From the NCBI RefSeq assembly GCF_019695415.1, contig NZ_JAIFKJ010000082.1, positions 1 to 32,937 on the forward strand: a stretch of DNA of 32,937 nucleotides, written 5' to 3'. This stretch comes from Thiohalocapsa sp. Lineage in GTDB: Bacteria > Pseudomonadota > Gammaproteobacteria > Chromatiales > Chromatiaceae. This document shows positions 25,602-32,937 of this stretch, piece after piece. Made by a program: the position numbers and the translations under genes. Position 1 is the first letter of the stretch; each line of letters opens with the position of its first letter. Below the pieces are notes generated by a model. It was not told the origin of the DNA. It did not search any database and worked only from the letters and a program-made list of their open reading frames with translations.

Positions 25602-26168
25602 TTGCCAACCGCAAACGCCCGCAACACCACCAACGCTGCCGTCACCGTTGTCGCAGATGGCTGGTGGGCGCTCAGCGACAGCGCCAGCTACTATCCAGAC
25701 GACTTGCCCGCTGACTGGCAGCTCGGCTACTTCGCCAACGAGCATCCAGGTGCCTACATCAGCGCTGCCGACTGGTGCGCCGACGCCGTCCTTCTGCTTC
25801 ACGAATGGCGGGATGCGGTGCCGGAGAGCTTCCGCTTCTTTCTCGAGTGCCCGCCCGCCAATGCCCCGAAAGACCTTCTGCAGCAGGCGATCGCAGCCTT
25901 GCACGGGCAACTCGGCGGCTGGGTGCGCTGGACGGCTCCCGGCGCGCCGGGGTTACTGCTGCGGCCGACTGCGGATGAGGCCGCCGTGTGGGGACGCGCG
26001 GTTAATTGCCCACAGACACTCATGGCCGATCTGCGCGCCGGCGCTCGTTGGCTGCGCGAGCAGGCCGCCGCAGCACCGGCGACGCTGGTCATCCTGCCGC
26101 AACCGCGCACCGCGCAGCTCGCGGCCTGGCGACAGATGCAGCAGCTGCTCGGCCTGGCGGAGATTTGA
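25602..26168 (+). CDS. Hypothetical protein with a DUF72-like N-terminal half (start uncertain)
   Basis: GW...YYPDDLPADWQLGYFANE...W.DAVPESFRFFLE resembles the DUF72/YecE N-terminus. At ~188 aa it is shorter than typical DUF72 proteins. Confidence 0.6.
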   Translation: MPTANARNTTNAAVTVVADGWWALSDSASYYPDDLPADWQLGYFANEHPGAYISAADWCADAVLLLHEWRDAVPESFRFFLECPPANAPKDLLQQAIAALHGQLGGWVRWTAPGAPGLLLRPTADEAAVWGRAVNCPQTLMADLRAGARWLREQAAAAPATLVILPQPRTAQLAAWRQMQQLLGLAEI

Positions 26169-26264
26169 GCGCCTGCGTATGCGCGCGCAACCCTTGCTTG
26201 ACGCTTGCGGCTGACCTTCAAGAGAATGCCGGGCTGTTTCAACCACTCCTGAGGGATCAAGCCC

Positions 26265-27167
26265 ATGGGGAAAGGCGTCCCCGCCCAGTTCGCGCGCGCC
26301 GATGCGCAAGGCGACGAGCGTCTCCAGCAACCAGGCAATGGTGCTGGAGCTGAGCCGCTTGTGCGCATTCGCGGCTTGCATTTCGCGCACGGTGGCAAGG
26401 TTATCTTCGACGGCATCGACTTGGACATTCAACGCGGTGCCGTCACCGCCATCATGGGCCCCTCCGGCACCGGCAAGACGACCCTGCTCAAGCTCATCAG
26501 CGGCCAGCTCAAGCCGAACGCAGGCAGCATCGAGGTGGACGGCGAGGCGGTACACCATCTGAATCGCCAGCAGCTCTGCGCGCTGCGCAAACGCATGGGC
26601 ATGCTGTTCCAGAGCGGGGCGCTCCTCGGCGACCTGAGCGTCTTCGAGAACGTCGCCTTCCCGCTGCGGGAGCACGCTCGGCTGCCGGAGTCCCTCCTGC
26701 GCCGGCTGGTGCTGATGAAGCTCGAGGCCGTCGGGCTGCGCGGTGCCGCCGCACTTATGCCCAGCCAGCTGTCCGGCGGCATGGCAAGGCGCGTGGCCCT
26801 TGCCCGCGCGGTGGCGTTGGACCCCATGATGGTGATGTACGACGAGCCCTTTACCGGCCAGGACCCCATCTCCATGGGCGTGCTGGTGCAGCTGGTGCAC
26901 CAGCTGAACGACGCCGGCGGCATCAGCAGCATCATCGTCTCCCACGACGTGCCCGAGACCCTTGGCATCGCTGACCACGCGTATGTGATCGCCGAAGGTC
27001 GCGTCATGTGCAGTGGTACGCCGGAGCAGGTGTCGGCTCACGCAGATCCGCGCGTGCGTCAGTTCCTTGATGGCGCGCCGGATGGACCCGTGCACTTCCA
27101 CTACCCGTCGTCCGTGCCCCTCGCCCAGGACATGCTTGCCAGCGGAGAACATCGCGGGTGGTGGTGA
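26265..27167 (+). CDS. mlaF: Phospholipid ABC transporter ATPase
   Basis: [42 protein letters not shown] and DGPVHFHYP. Confidence 0.95.
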   Translation: MGKGVPAQFARADAQGDERLQQPGNGAGAEPLVRIRGLHFAHGGKVIFDGIDLDIQRGAVTAIMGPSGTGKTTLLKLISGQLKPNAGSIEVDGEAVHHLNRQQLCALRKRMGMLFQSGALLGDLSVFENVAFPLREHARLPESLLRRLVLMKLEAVGLRGAAALMPSQLSGGMARRVALARAVALDPMMVMYDEPFTGQDPISMGVLVQLVHQLNDAGGISSIIVSHDVPETLGIADHAYVIAEGRVMCSGTPEQVSAHADPRVRQFLDGAPDGPVHFHYPSSVPLAQDMLASGEHRGWW

Positions 27168-27943
27168 CCGATGCACTGGCCCGTCTGGGACGCGCCGGCC
27201 TGACCGCGCTCGCGGGCGTCGGCCGCGCGCACACGCTGCTTGCGGCCATCATCGTCGGGCTGCCGGCGCTGCTGCCGCGGCCGCGGCTGCTGATCGCGCA
27301 GATCTTTAACATCGGCGTGCTCTCGGTGTTGATCATTGCCGTCTCCGGACTCTTTGTCGGCATGGTGTTGGGCCTGCAGGGCTACTACGTGCTGAACCAG
27401 TTCGGCGCCGAGGAAAGCCTCGGTGTCATGGTGGCGGCGTCACTGGTGCGCGAGCTCGGGCCCGTGGTTACCGCGTTGCTGGTGGCGGGGCGCGCCGGCT
27501 CCGCCCTCACCGCCGAGATCGGCCTGATGAAGGCCACCGAACAACTGTCTGCGCTAGAGATGATGGCCGTCGATCCGGTACGTCGCGTCCTCACGCCGCG
27601 CTTCTTCGGCGGCTGCATTGCCATGCCCCTGTTGGCCGCCATGTTCAGCATGCTGGGGGTGTTGGGCGGCTGGTTCGTCGGCGTCGGACTCCTCGGCGTC
27701 GACGACGGCGCCTTCTGGAGCCAGATGCAGAGCAAGCTGGATTTTCGCGAAGACGTCATCAACGGCGTGATCAAGAGCCTGGTATTCGGCGTCGTGGTGA
27801 GCTGGATCGCCCTGTTTCAGGGCTATGACGCCACCCCGACCGCCGCCGGCGTCAGCCAGGCCACCACCCGCTCGGTGGTGCACGCGGCACTCGCGGTGTT
27901 GGGTCTCGATTTCATCCTCACCGCTCTGATGTTCGGGGAATGA
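27158..27943 (+). CDS. mlaE: Phospholipid ABC transporter permease
   Basis: [39 protein letters not shown] and DFILTALMF. Confidence 0.96.
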   Translation: MVVTDALARLGRAGLTALAGVGRAHTLLAAIIVGLPALLPRPRLLIAQIFNIGVLSVLIIAVSGLFVGMVLGLQGYYVLNQFGAEESLGVMVAASLVRELGPVVTALLVAGRAGSALTAEIGLMKATEQLSALEMMAVDPVRRVLTPRFFGGCIAMPLLAAMFSMLGVLGGWFVGVGLLGVDDGAFWSQMQSKLDFREDVINGVIKSLVFGVVVSWIALFQGYDATPTAAGVSQATTRSVVHAALAVLGLDFILTALMFGE

Positions 27944-27946
27944 CAC

Positions 27947-28417
27947 ATGGGTACGACGCGCACGACAGAGATTCTGGTGGGCGCCTTCATGGCGGCGGGC
28001 TTCCTTGCGCTCTTCTTCCTCGCCATGCGGGTCAGCAACCTGAGCGCCGCAGGTGACGGCGATGGCTACGCGCTCATTGCCCGTTTCGATAACATCGGCA
28101 GTTTGAAGGTGCGCGCACCGGTGAGCATGGCCGGCGTGCGGCTCGGGCGCGTGGAATCCATTGCCTTCGACGAGGCCGCCTATCAGGCGGTGGTGACCCT
28201 GCGCATCGACGCGGCCTACGACCAGCTGCCAACTGACACCTTCGCCAACATCTACACGGCGGGGCTCCTCGGGGAGCAATACGTGTCGTTGGATCCTGGC
28301 GGCAGCCCGGACTATCTCGGCGACGGCGACCAAATCGAGCACACCCAGTCGGCACTCGTGCTCGAGCGCATGATCGGGCAATTTCTGTTCAACCAGGCAC
28401 AGGAGGATTCGGAATGA
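27947..28417 (+). CDS. mlaD: MCE-domain lipid asymmetry protein
   Basis: EILVG transmembrane segment, FDNIGSLKVRAPV, GLLGEQY and TQSALVLE. Confidence 0.95.
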   Translation: MGTTRTTEILVGAFMAAGFLALFFLAMRVSNLSAAGDGDGYALIARFDNIGSLKVRAPVSMAGVRLGRVESIAFDEAAYQAVVTLRIDAAYDQLPTDTFANIYTAGLLGEQYVSLDPGGSPDYLGDGDQIEHTQSALVLERMIGQFLFNQAQEDSE

Positions 28418-29046
28418 GCATCGGCACGGCAAGAGCACGCGGCATCGCGCCAGCACTAACGGCAATTTGCGCGGTGCTGCTGCTGGCGTTGCCGCCGGCG
28501 GCCGCCGCCGATGCTGACGCGGAGGCGCTGGTGCGGCGCACGGCAGAAGACACACTGCGCACCCTGCAGAGCCGCCGCTCCGAGCTCGACGGCAACCCCT
28601 CAGCCATCTACAACCTCGTGGGCAACAAGCTCGCCCCGCATTTCGACTTTGAGCTCATTACCCGCTCGGCGGTGGGCCGCGACTGGGGCAAGGCCAGCGC
28701 CGGCCAGCGCAGCCAATTGGTCTCGGCGTTTCGCGAGCTCCTGATCAGCACCTATGCCAAGTCGCTCGCAAAGTACTCGGGCGAGCAGGTGATCTACAAA
28801 CCGTCGCGGCCCGGCACACGAGACGGCACCGTGGTGGTGCCGACGGAGGTCACAGGTGCCGGCGGGCCGCCGATCCCCATCGACTACCGCATGCACAAAG
28901 AGAGCGGCAGCTGGAAGGTCTACGACCTGGTCATCGACAACGTCAGCATGATCTCCAGCTATCGCGGCCAGTTCCGCGCCACCATCGTCCGCTCAGGCAT
29001 CGATGGGCTCATCCGGGAGCTGGAAGCCAAGGCCGCCGGCGCCTAG
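28414..29046 (+). CDS. mlaC: Periplasmic phospholipid shuttle
   Basis: Signal peptide, PHFDF and WKVYDLVIDNVSMISSYRGQF. Confidence 0.93.
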   Translation: MSIGTARARGIAPALTAICAVLLLALPPAAAADADAEALVRRTAEDTLRTLQSRRSELDGNPSAIYNLVGNKLAPHFDFELITRSAVGRDWGKASAGQRSQLVSAFRELLISTYAKSLAKYSGEQVIYKPSRPGTRDGTVVVPTEVTGAGGPPIPIDYRMHKESGSWKVYDLVIDNVSMISSYRGQFRATIVRSGIDGLIRELEAKAAGA

Positions 29047-29047
29047 C

Positions 29048-29410
29048 ATGACCCAAGCTCAGCCAGCCGCCGCAGCACAGCTGACGCACGCGGGCGCCGA
29101 CCGCTGGCGGCTGGACGGCGACCTCACACTCGCCGTTGTCGCGACGCTCGCCGCCACACCGCCGACGGCCGGCACTGGTGCGCGTGTCCATCTGGACCTC
29201 GCCGGTATTCACCGGCCGAGCAGTGCGGGTGTCGCCTTGCTGCTCGAGTGGCAGGCGCAGTTGCGCGAACAGGGGCTGACGCTGGTGCTGCACAACACTC
29301 CCGCCGCTATGCGGCGGCTCGCAATGCTCGCCAACGTTCAGGCGCTGCTCGGCCTAGGCGACTCTGCCCAGCCGACCGCAACCGCATCTAGGGCGGCCGA
29401 CGGGTCTTGA
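29048..29410 (+). CDS. mlaB: STAS-domain protein MlaB
   Basis: LDGDLT, LDLAGI..SSAGVALLLEW and a position directly after mlaC. Confidence 0.85.
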   Translation: MTQAQPAAAAQLTHAGADRWRLDGDLTLAVVATLAATPPTAGTGARVHLDLAGIHRPSSAGVALLLEWQAQLREQGLTLVLHNTPAAMRRLAMLANVQALLGLGDSAQPTATASRAADGS

Positions 29411-29549
29411 GTGCGATGCACACCGGCCCGCGGCGGGCGGCCCTATGCACAGCCCGTGCCGCTCAGCACCCTATCGCGCCTGTCCTATCGGTAGCCCCCT
29501 TTTTTCATTCCCACCCGACAGCCCGATCTCAACTCACCCTGCCAATTGA

Positions 29550-30815
<1,266 letters not shown>

Positions 30816-30825
30816 CCAGCGGATC

Positions 30826-30897
30826 GAGTTTCGAGGGGCGAGGTTCTAGGAAGACCCGCACCGCCCCTCGCCCCTCGCCCCTCGACACTCGACACTT
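30826..30897. repeat. Two inverted heptamer tandem arrays forming a hairpin in the murA-hisG spacer
   Basis: Left arm gagtttc-gaggggc-gaggttc-taggaag (30826-30853). Right arm gcccctc x3, gacactc, gacactt (30863-30897). Confidence 0.85.
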
Positions 30898-30901
30898 CCC
30901 A

Positions 30902-31558
30902 ATGTCCGACACCTTGACCATCGCGCTGTCGAAAGGCCGCATCTTCGAGCAGGCCATGCCCTTGCTCGCGGCGGGCGGCATCCGCGCGACGGAAGACCCC
31001 GAGCAGAGCCGTAAGCTGATCCTCGACACCAATGACCCGCAGGTGAAGCTTGTTATCATCCGCGCTAGTGACGTCCCCACCTACGTGGAGTATGGCGCTG
31101 CCGATCTCGGCATCGCTGGCAAGGACGTGCTGCTGGAGCACGGCGGCGACGGGCTGTACGAACCGCTGGACTTGGGCATTGCCCGCTGCCGGATGATGGT
31201 CGCGGGTAAGCCCGATGCGCGCCTCGACGGCCGCACTGACCGCCGCCGCCAGCGCATCGCCACTAAGTACGTGCACTGCGCTGAGCGTCACTTCGCCGCC
31301 AAGGGGCAGCAGGTGGAGATCATCAAGCTCTACGGCTCCATGGAGCTGGCGCCCCTGGTGGGCCTTGCCGACCTGATCGTGGACCTGGTGGAAAGCGGCA
31401 ATACGCTCAAGGCCAATGGCCTGGTGCCGCTGGAGCATATCTGCGACATCAGCTCGCGGCTGGTGGTGAACAAGGCGTCCTGGAAGATGAAGCACGCCAG
31501 CGTCACAGCGCTGTTGGAGGCGTTGCGCGGTGCCGTCGCCGAAAAGCAGGTTGATTAG
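30902..31558 (+). CDS. hisG: ATP phosphoribosyltransferase, short (HisZ-dependent) form
   Basis: [32 protein letters not shown] and [13 protein letters not shown]. At 218 aa it lacks the C-terminal regulatory domain. Confidence 0.96.
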   Translation: MSDTLTIALSKGRIFEQAMPLLAAGGIRATEDPEQSRKLILDTNDPQVKLVIIRASDVPTYVEYGAADLGIAGKDVLLEHGGDGLYEPLDLGIARCRMMVAGKPDARLDGRTDRRRQRIATKYVHCAERHFAAKGQQVEIIKLYGSMELAPLVGLADLIVDLVESGNTLKANGLVPLEHICDISSRLVVNKASWKMKHASVTALLEALRGAVAEKQVD

Positions 31559-31602
31559 GCTAGCAATCACTCTGCCATCGCCCAGCGCACGGGAGCATCA
31601 CC

Positions 31603-32901
31603 ATGCCCGACATCGCCCGACTCAGAACCACCGACGCCGACTTCGCCGCGCGCCTGGACGCGCTGCTCGCCTGGGATTCCGTATCCAACCCTGCAGTGCA
31701 GCGCACCGTCGATGACATCATCGACGCCATCCGCAGCCGCGGCGACTCGGCACTCCTTGAGTACACCGCCCGCTTCGATCGCTGGCAGCCCGGCAATGCG
31801 GCGGCGCTGACCATCCCGGCCGCCCGCCTCGCGCAGGCTGCGGAGCTGATCCCGGTGGAGCAGCGTGATGCCTTGGCCGCCGCCGCCCAGCGCATCCGCG
31901 CCTACGCCGAGCATCAGAAGCTGCAGAGCTGGGACTACCGCGAGTCGGACGGCACCCTGCTCGGGCAGAAGGTGACACCGCTGGACCGCGTCGGGCTCTA
32001 TGTCCCCGGCGGCAAGGCGGCCTATCCGTCGTCGGTTCTCATGAATGCTATCCCGGCCAAAGTCGCCGGCGTGCCGGAGCTGGTGATGGTCGTGCCGACG
32101 CCGGAGGGCAAGCTGAACGAGCTGGTCCTGGCCGCCGCCCACATCGCCGGCGTGGATAAGGCCTTCGCGATCGGTGGGGCGCAGGCCGTCGCCGCGCTGG
32201 CCTACGGGACGGAGAGCGTGCCCGCGTGCGATAAGATCGTCGGTCCCGGCAATATCTATGTCGCTACGGCCAAGCGCGCGGTCTTCGGTCAGGTGGGCAT
32301 CGACATGGTGGCAGGGCCGTCGGAGATCCTGATCCTGTGCGACGGCGGCACGGACCCGGACTGGATCGCCATGGATCTCTTCAGCCAGGCCGAGCACGAC
32401 GAGGATGCCCAGGCCATCTTGGTATCTTGGGACGCGGATTACCTGGACCGGGTCGCTGCAAGCATTGACAAGCTGCTGCCTTCGCTGGAGCGCCGGGATA
32501 TCATCGCCAACGCGCTGAAGGACCGCGGCGCCTTGATCCTGTCGCGGGACATGCACGACGCCGCGGCCGTGGCCAACCGCATCGCGCCGGAGCACCTGGA
32601 GTTGTCGGTCGAAGATCCGGAGGCCCTGGCCGCGAAAATCCACAACGCCGGCGCCATCTTCATGGGCCGCCACACCGCAGAGGCCCTTGGCGATTACTGC
32701 GCCGGACCCAACCACGTGCTGCCCACCTCGGGCACCGCACGCTTCAGCTCACCGCTCGGCGTCTACGACTTCCAGAAGCGCTCCAGCCTTATCATGGCGT
32801 CGAGCGCTGGTTCCGCTGCGCTCGCCAAGACCGCCTCGGTGCTTGCGCGGGGCGAGGGGCTGACGGCGCATGCGCGGTCGGCGGAATATCGGGGGGAGTG
32901 A
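31603..32901 (+). CDS. hisD: Histidinol dehydrogenase
   Basis: [47 protein letters not shown] and [13 protein letters not shown]. Confidence 0.98.
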   Translation: MPDIARLRTTDADFAARLDALLAWDSVSNPAVQRTVDDIIDAIRSRGDSALLEYTARFDRWQPGNAAALTIPAARLAQAAELIPVEQRDALAAAAQRIRAYAEHQKLQSWDYRESDGTLLGQKVTPLDRVGLYVPGGKAAYPSSVLMNAIPAKVAGVPELVMVVPTPEGKLNELVLAAAHIAGVDKAFAIGGAQAVAALAYGTESVPACDKIVGPGNIYVATAKRAVFGQVGIDMVAGPSEILILCDGGTDPDWIAMDLFSQAEHDEDAQAILVSWDADYLDRVAASIDKLLPSLERRDIIANALKDRGALILSRDMHDAAAVANRIAPEHLELSVEDPEALAAKIHNAGAIFMGRHTAEALGDYCAGPNHVLPTSGTARFSSPLGVYDFQKRSSLIMASSAGSAALAKTASVLARGEGLTAHARSAEYRGE

Positions 32902-32930
32902 CGAGTGGCGAGGGACAAGTATCGAGGCGG
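32896..32930 (+). repeat. Degenerate heptamer tandem array starting at the hisD stop (possibly cut by the window end)
   Basis: gagtgac-gagtggc-gagggac-aagtatc-gaggcgg. Confidence 0.65.
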
Positions 32931-32937
32931 GAAGGCT

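Noticed and set aside
30902-31558. Short hisG as a possible truncation or pseudogene
   Set aside because: It matches the well-known short HisG form that works with HisZ, and murA-hisG-hisD order is ordinary.

Overview
High-GC gammaproteobacterial chromosomal segment. Gene content and order suggest Chromatiales/Chromatiaceae, which is an inference. From left to right it holds: (1) 1-5009, a metal-uptake operon made of a 5'-truncated DUF2946/CruR-like leader ORF (CxxC plus C-terminal RAPP arrest motif), a His-loop-rich outer-membrane beta-barrel, a ZnuABC/TroABC-type ABC transporter and an exported DsrE-like CxxC protein; (2) 5142-8683, a PfkB fructokinase and sucrose synthase; (3) 8697-10152, a leftward MBL-fold hydrolase and Nudix hydrolase; (4) a ~500-nt spacer holding a ~200-nt multi-hairpin element that I cannot assign to a known RNA family, followed by back-to-back Pho-box-like promoters; (5) phoBR, bolA/ibaG and an atypical H-NS; (6) the conserved leftward cluster kdsC-lptCAB-rpoN-hpf-ptsN-hprK-rapZ-EIIA(Man)-HPr-EI-mgtE; (7) a DUF72-like gene, mlaFEDCB, murA, short hisG and hisD. 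Short arrays with 7-nt periodicity follow three stop codons. I saw no tRNA, rRNA, CRISPR array, transposase or integrase. The best novelty candidates are the structured + strand element at 10238-10437 and the RAPP-leader-controlled porin/ABC/DsrE metal operon. All structures were paired by eye, and no folding or database search was run.
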